IMG/VR virus record: IMGVR_UViG_3300032194_000027
Coordinates: 1-31,429 of that record
Length of the DNA: 31,429 nucleotides
From: a virus
Lineage: Duplodnaviria; Caudoviricetes
Reading direction: 5' to 3' (one strand)
Below the pieces are notes generated by a model that made no database searches, was not told the origin of the DNA, and saw only the letters and a program-made list of their open reading frames with translations. Position 1 is the first letter of the stretch, and each line of letters begins with the position of its first letter. Below, in pieces: positions 8,884-16,270 of the stretch. The position numbers were made by a program, and so were the translations under genes.

Positions 8884-9604
8884 TATTCATCCTGAGGTTG
8901 CATCTGCAAAGGTCTGCCTCATCTCTGTGACTCCTGATGCGGAGAAGCACATGGGTTATGTTGCCCGTGTAAGCAATCCAAACAATCAGGACAACCCCAA
9001 GGTTGCAAAACTCCTGGGGTATTGCATCAAGCATGGTCACTGGTCTGTGTTTGAGCAAGCATTCATGACCCTGGAGATCAACACTACTCGGGGTATCGCA
9101 GCTCAAATCCTGCGCCATAGGTCCTTCACATATCAAGAGTTCTCCCAACGATATGCTGACACCAATCTCCTCACTCCACAGATCCCTGTCCCTGATCTAC
9201 GCTCTCAAGATTCTAAGAATCGTCAGAATTCTATTGATGATGTTGAAGCGGAGAAGAAAGCGTTTCTCCAAGGAAGGATCCACCAATACTTTATCGAAGG
9301 TATGGATCTTTATAATGAGTTGCTGCGTGAAGGGATTGCTAAGGAGTGTGCTCGTTTTGTGCTTCCTCTCGCCACGCCCACCAAAATCTACATGACGGGC
9401 TCTGTGCGTTCATGGATCCATTACATCACTCTGAGATCTGCTAACGGCACACAACTAGAGCACATGGAGATTGCCAAACTGTGTAAGCAACACTTCGTCT
9501 GTCAATTCCCTCAGATTGCTGAAGCACTTGAGTGGGAATGTGAATCAGAAGACTGTGGTTGCAACAGCACTTGCTATGATCAACCCTCTATCCTAATAGA
9601 ATAA
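8876..9604 (+). CDS. thyX: Flavin-dependent thymidylate synthase ThyX
   Basis: HWSVFEQ, QILRHRSFTYQEFSQRY (RHRx7S signature), KECARFVLP and TQLEH motifs. Confidence 0.97.
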   Translation: MTDIHPEVASAKVCLISVTPDAEKHMGYVARVSNPNNQDNPKVAKLLGYCIKHGHWSVFEQAFMTLEINTTRGIAAQILRHRSFTYQEFSQRYADTNLLTPQIPVPDLRSQDSKNRQNSIDDVEAEKKAFLQGRIHQYFIEGMDLYNELLREGIAKECARFVLPLATPTKIYMTGSVRSWIHYITLRSANGTQLEHMEIAKLCKQHFVCQFPQIAEALEWECESEDCGCNSTCYDQPSILIE

Positions 9605-9834
9605 TGCCTACCTACCCCGTAATAAATAAGACCACAGGAGAGAAGCAAACTCTCTCCATGACCATGAAAGAATATGATCAGTGGAAAAAAGATAACCCTG
9701 ATTGGGACAAAGATTGGATGGAAGGAGTCGGTGGGGTAACCTACGGACAACCCAAACAATCTGACGGATTCAAAGAAGTCATGTCCAAAGTCCAGAGCGA
9801 GCATCCTCGCGCCAACCTCTCTCGTTATACCTGA
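9604..9834 (+). CDS. Small conserved phage protein (MPTY-type, FmdB-like without Cys)
   Basis: MPTYPVINKTTGE... start overlapping the thyX stop; GFKEVMSKV motif. Confidence 0.8.
   Translation: MPTYPVINKTTGEKQTLSMTMKEYDQWKKDNPDWDKDWMEGVGGVTYGQPKQSDGFKEVMSKVQSEHPRANLSRYT
9621..9628 (+). promoter_or_regulatory. Late promoter
   Basis: AATAAATA within the small ORF upstream of phoH. Confidence 0.5.
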
Positions 9835-9835
9835 T

Positions 9836-10579
9836 ATGCCTAGAGCTAAGAAGTCACCCAACGGAATGACCCCGAAGCAAATGCGTCGTAAGAAGCCTAT
9901 TAACCTAGACCATCTTAAGATCATTGAGCCGCTCACTGACAATCAGGAGCAGGTGTTTAATTCCTATGCTGAAGGAAAGAATCTGGTCTTGCACGGTGCT
10001 GCTGGCACGGGTAAGACCTTTATTAGTCTCTACCTAGCACTACAGCAGGTGCTGGACCCTGCCTCTCCCTATGAGAAGGTATACATGGTCCGCTCCCTGG
10101 TCCCTACCAGAGAGATTGGTTTCCTCCCTGGAGACCATGAGGATAAGAGCAACCTTTACCAGATTCCTTATAAGAATATGGTGAAGTATATGTTTGAGAT
10201 GCCAGACGATGCTGCTTTCGAGAGTCTCTATGACAATCTGAGAGCACAGGAAACTATCTCCTTCTGGTCTACATCATTCATCCGTGGTGTCACCATGGAT
10301 AAGTGCATCATTATTGTTGATGAATTCTCTAACCTCAACTTCCACGAGTTGGATTCTATTATCACTCGTGTTGGTGAGGATTGTAAGATCATTTTCTCTG
10401 GTGATTACACACAGTCTGACCTGATTAAGAGCAATGAGAGGACAGGTGTGCTAGACTTCATGAAGATTCTTCAGTCTATGCCCTCCTTTGATTGCGTTGA
10501 GTTTGGTATTGAAGACATCGTTAGATCTGGTCTCTGTCGAGAGTATCTGATCAGTAAAATCAATCTCGGATTTGGATGA
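9836..10579 (+). CDS. phoH: PhoH-family ATPase
   Basis: Walker A GAAGTGKT, IGFLPGD, FIRGVT, IIVDE, GDYTQSDL and DIVRSGL motifs. Confidence 0.97.
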   Translation: MPRAKKSPNGMTPKQMRRKKPINLDHLKIIEPLTDNQEQVFNSYAEGKNLVLHGAAGTGKTFISLYLALQQVLDPASPYEKVYMVRSLVPTREIGFLPGDHEDKSNLYQIPYKNMVKYMFEMPDDAAFESLYDNLRAQETISFWSTSFIRGVTMDKCIIIVDEFSNLNFHELDSIITRVGEDCKIIFSGDYTQSDLIKSNERTGVLDFMKILQSMPSFDCVEFGIEDIVRSGLCREYLISKINLGFG

Positions 10580-11253
10580 TGCCTTTTAACATTGTGGGTC
10601 CTGCTGCTGATCTCGTTGAGTATGAGAGCAGGACGTTAGATCATGGACGCTTTTATAAGATCGATGATGTGTGGATGCCTAGTGTCACCACCGTCGTTGG
10701 TCATCAATCGAAGCAGGGTATCCTTGCATGGGAGAAACGTGTAGGGTATACTGAGGCGGAAAAGATTCGTCGTGCTGCATCATGGCGTGGCACAAAGTAT
10801 CACACTATCGTGGAGCACTATCTAAAAAATGAATTGGAAAAAGTTGAAGCGAGCGAGGGTCTTCCCAAGTACCTCTTTGGGTTTGCTCGTAAGGATCTTG
10901 ATCTTATTTCTAATATACACGTTCTTGAAGCCCCTCTTTACTCTCGTCGCCTTGGCATTGCTGGGCGCGTTGATTGTATTGCTGAGTATGATGGCGAGCT
11001 TGCTATCATAGACTTCAAGACCACAACAAGACTTAAAAAAGAGGAGCATCTAGAGAAATTCTTTGTGCAGGAAGCAGCATATGCTTACATGTATTATGAA
11101 TTGACTGGTGTTGAGGTGACTAAACTTGTGACTATCTCTGTTGCTGAGAATGGAGAGACTCAAGTTGTCCAAAAGTATGATAAAATACCTTACATCGATA
11201 CCCTCTGTGAATGGATCGAAGACTATCACTACTACGTCGGGGGTATTAAATGA
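10576..11253 (+). CDS. PD-(D/E)XK exonuclease (RecB/Cas4-like fold)
   Basis: PSVTTV, RGTKYH, E..LYS, AGRVDC, IIDFKT and QEAAYA motifs. Confidence 0.9.
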   Translation: MMPFNIVGPAADLVEYESRTLDHGRFYKIDDVWMPSVTTVVGHQSKQGILAWEKRVGYTEAEKIRRAASWRGTKYHTIVEHYLKNELEKVEASEGLPKYLFGFARKDLDLISNIHVLEAPLYSRRLGIAGRVDCIAEYDGELAIIDFKTTTRLKKEEHLEKFFVQEAAYAYMYYELTGVEVTKLVTISVAENGETQVVQKYDKIPYIDTLCEWIEDYHYYVGGIK

Positions 11254-11495
11254 AAGAGATTGAAGAAAAGTTTATGACACAAGGAAAGTTTACGTCTTTG
11301 GTTGAGCACAGAGTCAAAGAGAGTAAGGGTCTGATCAACTACATAGAAGCAGTAACTTCCATCTGTGAGGAGTTTGAGATTGAAGTTGAGACTGTCAGTA
11401 AACTGATCTCCAAACCTCTCAAAGACAAAATCAAATGGGATGCACAACAACTTAATTATATGAAACGCACAAGCAGAGGAGTCCTACCACTATGA
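11250..11495 (+). CDS. gp33: Late transcription co-activator gp33
   Basis: INYIEAV...EIEVETVSKLISKPLKDKIKWDAQQLNYMK; 81 aa; position upstream of gp32. Confidence 0.9.
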   Translation: MKEIEEKFMTQGKFTSLVEHRVKESKGLINYIEAVTSICEEFEIEVETVSKLISKPLKDKIKWDAQQLNYMKRTSRGVLPL

Positions 11496-11860
11496 GCGTA
11501 GATGAAGAATTCTTCAAGTCAGATGCAGTGCAGTCTGAGTTAGAAGATATCCAACAAACATACACAGACCTGCTGAAGATGTCAGCGGGTCTTTCTGATT
11601 TTAGCCCTGAAGAGAGACTCGATCACATCGAGAAAACTCTTGAGTTGATTGCGAAGCAAAAAGTATTCTATGCACGTCTTGCTCTCGCTTCTCATGGATT
11701 AAATCCAGAGGAGGGGAATGAGGAAGCTGCCTTTGTTAAGGAGCGTATAGATACTATGTCTAAGCAATACTCTGGTGGCATGGATCTCATGATGATCCTT
11801 CAGACTATGGAAGACAAACTACAGTCATGGAGAAAGGAGATCAAAGATGCCCAATCCTAA
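11492..11860 (+). CDS. DUF1825-like conserved cyanophage/cyanobacterial protein
   Basis: FFKSDAVQSEL...LIAKQKVFYARLAL pattern; helical 122 aa. Confidence 0.8.
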   Translation: MSVDEEFFKSDAVQSELEDIQQTYTDLLKMSAGLSDFSPEERLDHIEKTLELIAKQKVFYARLALASHGLNPEEGNEEAAFVKERIDTMSKQYSGGMDLMMILQTMEDKLQSWRKEIKDAQS

Positions 11861-12005
11861 TGCACTATACGAAGACATGCAGAAACTCGATGACCTATAC
11901 GAGGAGCTGCTCTGGGACCCTGATGATGAGTTGCAATTCACTCACGATGGAGAGAGGGTCCTGATCATAAACCGCACACAGCAGCTTGCCAAAGGCGCTG
12001 AGTGA
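11847..12005 (+). CDS. 52-aa acidic hypothetical protein (absent from ORF track)
   Basis: AAGGAG RBS, then MPNPNALYEDMQKLDDLYEELLWDPDDELQFTHDGERVLIINRTQQLAKGAE*; fills the gap before gp32. Confidence 0.8.
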   Translation: MPNPNALYEDMQKLDDLYEELLWDPDDELQFTHDGERVLIINRTQQLAKGAE

Positions 12006-12014
12006 TGCCATAAT
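11986..12014 (+). promoter_or_regulatory. Sigma70-type promoter for gp32
   Basis: TTGCCA, 17-nt spacer with extended TG, CATAAT. Confidence 0.65.
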
Positions 12015-12095
12015 ACTTTTGTTGGGCAGATGGGAGTGGGAGACTGCTTCGGACGTAAGACCCAACGCACACACAAACACAACGGAGAAACACAA

Positions 12096-13016
12096 ATGTC
12101 ATTTGCAAGTATGAAGTCCAAGTCTGGACAGTTTGCTAAACTGACTCAACAGATTGAGAAGATGTCCAAGCCTCAGGGTGCAGGTCCTGATGAGCGTCTC
12201 TGGAAACCTGGAGTGGACAAGAGCGGCAACGGTTATGCCGTCATTCGTTTCCTGCCCGAGCCTGACGGGGAAGATCTGCCCTGGGCACAGGTTTGGTCCC
12301 ACGCTTTCCAAGGTCCTGGTGGATGGTATATTGAAAACTCCCTGACCACTCTGGGTCAGAAGGATCCTGTCGGTGAGTTGAATCGGACTCTCTGGAATAG
12401 CGGTATTGATTCTGACAAAGAGATCGCTCGTAAGCAGAAGCGTAAACTGTCTTACTACAGCAATGTCTATGTCGTGAAGGATCAACTCAACCCTGAGAAT
12501 GAGGGTAAAGTTTTCCTCTACAAGTATGGCAAGAAGATCCACGATAAGATCGTGTCTTCCATGCAACCTCAGTTTGAGGATGAAGAGCCCATCAATCCTT
12601 TCGATCTCTGGAAGGGTGCTGACTTCCGTATCAAGATCCAGACCATTGGTGGTTACTGGAATTACGATAAGTCTGACTTCGCTGCACCTTCTACGCTCGG
12701 TAACTTCAGTGACGAGCGACTGGAAGAGATCTGGAAGTCCCAGTATTCTCTCAAGGAATTCACTGACCCCAGTGCATTCAAGTCCTTTGAGAAACTGGAA
12801 GAGCGTCTGAATCTGGTCCTCGGTAAGACCTCACGCCCCACTCAGGGTCGTCGGATCGAAGCAGAGGATGAGGGTATGGACTTCAACGGGTCCGACATTG
12901 TGGCACCTGATCCAGTGGTCCAAGCAGACCCCACTCCGAGTGGTTTCGGCAGTAAGATTGAGGAGTCAGACGAGCCCGATCTGTCCTACTTCGCTTCTCT
13001 CGCAGCAGAGGATTGA
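12096..13016 (+). CDS. gp32: Single-stranded DNA-binding protein gp32
   Basis: DERLWKP, GNGYAVIRFLP, GGWYIENS, FLYKYGKKI and NYDKS motifs, acidic tail; GGAG RBS before ATG 12096. Confidence 0.97.
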   Translation: MSFASMKSKSGQFAKLTQQIEKMSKPQGAGPDERLWKPGVDKSGNGYAVIRFLPEPDGEDLPWAQVWSHAFQGPGGWYIENSLTTLGQKDPVGELNRTLWNSGIDSDKEIARKQKRKLSYYSNVYVVKDQLNPENEGKVFLYKYGKKIHDKIVSSMQPQFEDEEPINPFDLWKGADFRIKIQTIGGYWNYDKSDFAAPSTLGNFSDERLEEIWKSQYSLKEFTDPSAFKSFEKLEERLNLVLGKTSRPTQGRRIEAEDEGMDFNGSDIVAPDPVVQADPTPSGFGSKIEESDEPDLSYFASLAAED

Positions 13017-13087
13017 GATGGACATATGAGAGGGTCTGTCTCACCCTCTTAGTCATCGCTACCTACTACGCATTGATCTTCAAATGA
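13013..13087 (+). CDS. Putative 24-aa hydrophobic microprotein
   Basis: TTG start overlaps the gp32 stop and TGA stop overlaps the next ATG; reads (M)RWTYERVCLTLLVIATYYALIFK; GAGG lies just upstream. Confidence 0.55.
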   Translation: MRWTYERVCLTLLVIATYYALIFK

Positions 13088-13353
13088 AACTCCTTGCTCT
13101 CCCCCTGTTACTTCTAACTGCTGCCCCAGCAAATGCTCTGACATGGGGAGAGTTTTGGGAGCCATTCAAAGATGATCATCATCACCACTATCACGGACAT
13201 GTGCATAGGGATTACTATCGACGACCTCGTAGGAGGATGTGTGAGTATGTGGTGACCCGTAGACACTGGGTAGATGGTTACTGGTTAGGTCCTTACAACT
13301 ATGTTGAAGGATACTACGAGACACGCGACCACATCCGCAGGAGACCCTGCTGA
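13084..13353 (+). CDS. Exported His/Arg/aromatic-rich small protein
   Basis: Signal peptide MKLLALPLLLLTAAPANA; HHHHYHGHVH; HWVDGYW and YVEGYY repeats. Confidence 0.8.
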   Translation: MKLLALPLLLLTAAPANALTWGEFWEPFKDDHHHHYHGHVHRDYYRRPRRRMCEYVVTRRHWVDGYWLGPYNYVEGYYETRDHIRRRPC

Positions 13354-13386
13354 CCTCATATATTATTTGACTTTCAGTTCACAGAG

Positions 13387-13416
13387 ACCCCGAAAAAAAA
13401 TTCGGGGTATTTTTTT
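13387..13416 (+). terminator. Terminator-like hairpin
   Basis: ACCCCGAA-AAAAAA-TTCGGGGT followed by ATTTTTTT. Confidence 0.75.
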
Positions 13417-13431
13417 GTCCCCAGGGTTTTT

Positions 13432-13469
13432 CATAAATAATTGACAGATCCATGGATCGCGTGTATGAT
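13432..13469 (+). promoter_or_regulatory. Tandem late and sigma70-type promoters
   Basis: CATAAATA (13432-13439), then TTGACA (13441-13446), 17-nt spacer, TATGAT (13464-13469). Confidence 0.75.
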
Positions 13470-13493
13470 AGTTTTGTCAATGGTCCCCTAATC

Positions 13494-13685
13494 ATGTATA
13501 AACCCTATTCTCCCGAATGGCACCGTCACCGCTATCTGAAGGAAGCGATCGACAAATACCTTGACGACTATGTAGACCCTGGTATCATATTAGAGGATAT
13601 TCGTGATATCCTGAATTCTCGCTCTGAAGCGGCATATGCCGAATTCACGAGAATCAACGAAATTGAAAAATCTCTCTCGGACTGA
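13494..13685 (+). CDS. Hypothetical protein (MYKPYSPEWHR...)
   Basis: ATG 13494 lies downstream of the promoter, whereas the 13452 start falls inside the promoter spacer. Confidence 0.75.
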   Translation: MYKPYSPEWHRHRYLKEAIDKYLDDYVDPGIILEDIRDILNSRSEAAYAEFTRINEIEKSLSD

Positions 13686-13689
13686 TAAA

Positions 13690-14004
13690 ATGCTCTCAAC
13701 CCAGTATCGCCTCAGATTAGAGTTTATTTGCAAAAAGATTGCTAACAAAGAAGATGTAAAATTAGAGGATATGATCTGGGCAGAGAAACTGTCTAAAGCG
13801 AATACAACTGCCAGAGAGTGGTTGCGTAAAGCACGCCGTCATGCCGCTCAGGACATCGAAGAAGGTAGTATGGATGATTTTATGAATAAAATGGGATTAG
13901 GGGATCCTGACCCATCCAACTATCGCACTGGATTCTCTGGTGCAGACGAAATTGCTGATTGGTTTAAGCAAGACAAACCTGATGATTGGAGACAACGTGA
14001 CTGA
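13690..14004 (+). CDS. Hypothetical protein (MLSTQYRLRLEFIC...)
   Basis: ATG 4 nt after the upstream stop; ends DDWRQRD. Confidence 0.8.
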   Translation: MLSTQYRLRLEFICKKIANKEDVKLEDMIWAEKLSKANTTAREWLRKARRHAAQDIEEGSMDDFMNKMGLGDPDPSNYRTGFSGADEIADWFKQDKPDDWRQRD

Positions 14005-14131
14005 ATTTGAAAAGATCACTCCCGAGACATACGAAAAAATGAATAAGGAATTTGAAGAAGAAGGTCTTGCCTTCAGTATCAAAGTCCCTACTCAAGAAGA
14101 AATCGACGATTGGAGACAACGCGACCAATGA
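13997..14131 (+). CDS. 44-aa hypothetical protein
   Basis: GTG start after GGAG; ends DDWRQRDQ; overlaps both neighbours. Confidence 0.7.
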   Translation: MTEFEKITPETYEKMNKEFEEEGLAFSIKVPTQEEIDDWRQRDQ

Positions 14132-14370
14132 TTCCACAGACAGCAGTCATTTACAGCAATGGTAGTCAAGAATGTGAAAGAGCAGCAGCACTGCTCAAAT
14201 CGCTTGGAGGCGAATATCTGGAATATCGCCTAAACCAGCATTTTTCGCAAAGAGCGTTTGAAACAGAATTTGGTCCAGAAGCAGAATACCCACAAATTGC
14301 ACTTGGAGCGCAACATGTGGGTCATCTGAAAGAATTGCTACAGTATGGAAAAGATCACGATCTTTTTTAG
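14128..14370 (+). CDS. Glutaredoxin-like protein lacking CxxC
   Basis: AVIYSNGSQECERA, F..EFG and YPQI motifs parallel the glutaredoxin at 6132. Confidence 0.8.
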   Translation: MIPQTAVIYSNGSQECERAAALLKSLGGEYLEYRLNQHFSQRAFETEFGPEAEYPQIALGAQHVGHLKELLQYGKDHDLF

Positions 14371-15380
14371 TATCCACCACCATAAGATCCGCCGCTAGAT
14401 CCACTGCTGCCGCTAGATCCTGAAGATCCACTGCTGCTGCTAGATCCAGAGGATCCTGAAGATCCACTGGTTTGACCACTGGAGGATCCAGCACTACCGA
14501 AGGAGTTAACCACTTCTTCGTCTTCCACACCTGCAAGCACAGTAGCAGCAGTGCCTGCCGCACCGAAGGTAACACCGATTGTGCTACCATCTGCCAAGAC
14601 ATCACCTTGCTGATATTCAACGCCTTCGAGCGTGACTGTCCGTGAGGTGTATTCTTGTGTAGAAGCAAATTCGATAGATGAGGTCTGACCAACCAGAGTC
14701 TGATAAGTGGGTTTGACGGAGATAAACTGCTCCTGGACCACATTCTCAGATCTCTTAGATTCGCTATCAGGATCAGTTTCAGCAGAAGGCAGATAACCGA
14801 CCATTTCTTCAAATTCTTCGACAAACTGGTTAATATAGTCCCTTCTAAGAAGGTAGATATTACGCTTGTAGTCGTTAATTTCGGATTCGTAGTCGTAATT
14901 GCTAACAGGACGTGTTAACTCTTGCAAGGGGACAAAAGTGCCATCATACTTTCTATAAGTAAAGTCTTGAGGGACCTGAATATCACCTTTCAGGACAATA
15001 CGACCATCAGCATTTCTTTGCTCCTGAGTGACGTAATGATGCACTCCATCAACTTCATTCTTACCATACTTTCTGACCATATATGAATAGAGCTCGTGCT
15101 CTGTCATTGGCCATTCATCATATACATTGATGATGTTATTGCAGATCAATACCACCCAATCATAATCTGCCACTCCATAATACTCATGAGCAACCTGCTC
15201 AGGTCTTGTATTGTTGGGAATGGTATATTGGGTGAATCCCAAGATCACATCGTCAAGATTCTCCCGAATTTTGATTCTACGGAAGATATTCTTAGCAAGT
15301 TTGTAAGGATCGACGTTATTTGTGCGATAACTCGATGTCCTTACATATACTTGGGGTAAATAAGAGAAATAACCAGCCAT
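14367..15380 (-). CDS. gp53: Baseplate wedge protein gp53 with C-terminal extension
   Basis: YFSYLP, RPEQVAHEYYG..DYDWVVLICNNI...EWP, VHHY and NYDYE motifs. Confidence 0.9.
   Translation of the reverse strand: MAGYFSYLPQVYVRTSSYRTNNVDPYKLAKNIFRRIKIRENLDDVILGFTQYTIPNNTRPEQVAHEYYGVADYDWVVLICNNIINVYDEWPMTEHELYSYMVRKYGKNEVDGVHHYVTQEQRNADGRIVLKGDIQVPQDFTYRKYDGTFVPLQELTRPVSNYDYESEINDYKRNIYLLRRDYINQFVEEFEEMVGYLPSAETDPDSESKRSENVVQEQFISVKPTYQTLVGQTSSIEFASTQEYTSRTVTLEGVEYQQGDVLADGSTIGVTFGAAGTAATVLAGVEDEEVVNSFGSAGSSSGQTSGSSGSSGSSSSSGSSGSSGSSGSSGGSYGGGY
14370..14495 (-). repeat. Gly/Ser low-complexity tandem repeat at gp53 C-terminus
   Basis: Repeated GATCCACTGCTGC/GCTAGATCC units encoding SSGSSGSSSSSGSSGSSGSSGSSGGSYGGGY. 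Confidence 0.85.
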
Positions 15381-16270
15381 CAGGTAAAGGACTCCCTAGT
15401 AAGGTAAGAAGTTTCTTTGAATGCAAGACGCATTGAGTAAGAAACAGGACCATAATCATAGGTTTGATCTCCACCAAGGCGAGTTTGGAGAGATGCGTAG
15501 TTTCCATCGGGTGACAGGTCAACATTCATGTCTGTCAGGACCAGATTTGTAGGAAACTGCATAATCTTTGCAAGATAACCACCAGCATCAGGTGCGCTGA
15601 TTGATTCGTCATCACCACTACTTGTATGACGCATAACTGCCATTCTGAAGTAGTTAGGAAGGGTCAACCAGTTGGTGCCATCTTTACCAGGCAACATTGC
15701 CTTTCTCATCGTATCGATGATCTCAATAATTGTGTCAACATCCGACTTATCCTTAGGTGCCATCTTAAAGTCGAAGTTGTGATCTCTAAATGTGGTGCCC
15801 TGGAAGATTGCCTCTTCATAGGGGTTAAAGATCCTCTTTTGGGTCAGTGCTGACAGTGAGTTAGCATTCAAACTACCAGATCCACCAGTTGCACTCACAA
15901 CTTGGTTGATTGCACCAGCACCGAGAGAATATCCAAGTTGTGGTTTTGCTGCTTTAGCAAATGCCTGGACTTGCTCACCAAAACCATTACCAATACCACC
16001 AGCAGCGATGGCATCACGAGCAGCACCTACTGCTGCAGCACCAGTTGCACCCAACTCAACACCGTTATACTTGGCAGTGTAGTTTTCGCTAAGTTTGTTG
16101 GGTAAATATAAATATAACGTCTTAGTTAGACTGTCATCAATGGGATCAAAGATTTCAAATCTTAGGTAGTCGATCACCTCAGTAGGAAACTTTGAGTCAT
16201 CTCTGACTGAGTTGCCACTGTTTGATGAATTAGCACCGTAAGGTTTTGCCCTTGGATAAATGAGTGCCAT
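15380..16270 (-). CDS. gp48: Baseplate tail-tube cap gp48
   Basis: LYLYLP, FNPYEEAIFQGTTFRDHNFDFKMAPK and GPVSYSMRLAFKE motifs; adjacent to gp53. Confidence 0.85.
   Translation of the reverse strand: MALIYPRAKPYGANSSNSGNSVRDDSKFPTEVIDYLRFEIFDPIDDSLTKTLYLYLPNKLSENYTAKYNGVELGATGAAAVGAARDAIAAGGIGNGFGEQVQAFAKAAKPQLGYSLGAGAINQVVSATGGSGSLNANSLSALTQKRIFNPYEEAIFQGTTFRDHNFDFKMAPKDKSDVDTIIEIIDTMRKAMLPGKDGTNWLTLPNYFRMAVMRHTSSGDDESISAPDAGGYLAKIMQFPTNLVLTDMNVDLSPDGNYASLQTRLGGDQTYDYGPVSYSMRLAFKETSYLTRESFT
16107..16114 (+). promoter_or_regulatory. Late promoter for the gp4 operon, inside gp48
   Basis: Perfect TATAAATA. Confidence 0.7.

Noticed and set aside
9604-9840. Pho box upstream of phoH
   Set aside because: No convincing 11-bp-spaced direct repeat seen.
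10576-11253. Cas4-like nuclease suggesting a CRISPR system
   Set aside because: No repeat-spacer array or other cas genes seen; this is the usual exonuclease beside phoH, and the Cas4 four-Cys cluster is absent.
12021-12066. Hammerhead ribozyme or glutamine riboswitch in the gp32 leader
   Set aside because: The CUGANGA/GAAA core is absent, and the three-stem junction of the glnA motif cannot be built by eye.
12030-12095. N-terminal extensions in the ORF track (also starts at 6084, 8855, 13452, 13636, 13940, 14110, 31124)
   Set aside because: They run through promoters, terminators, leaders or upstream genes; downstream starts fit RBS and overlap patterns better.
14370-14495. Tandem GATCC-containing repeats as a CRISPR array or iterons
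   Set aside because: No unique spacers; fully explained by Gly/Ser codons of gp53.
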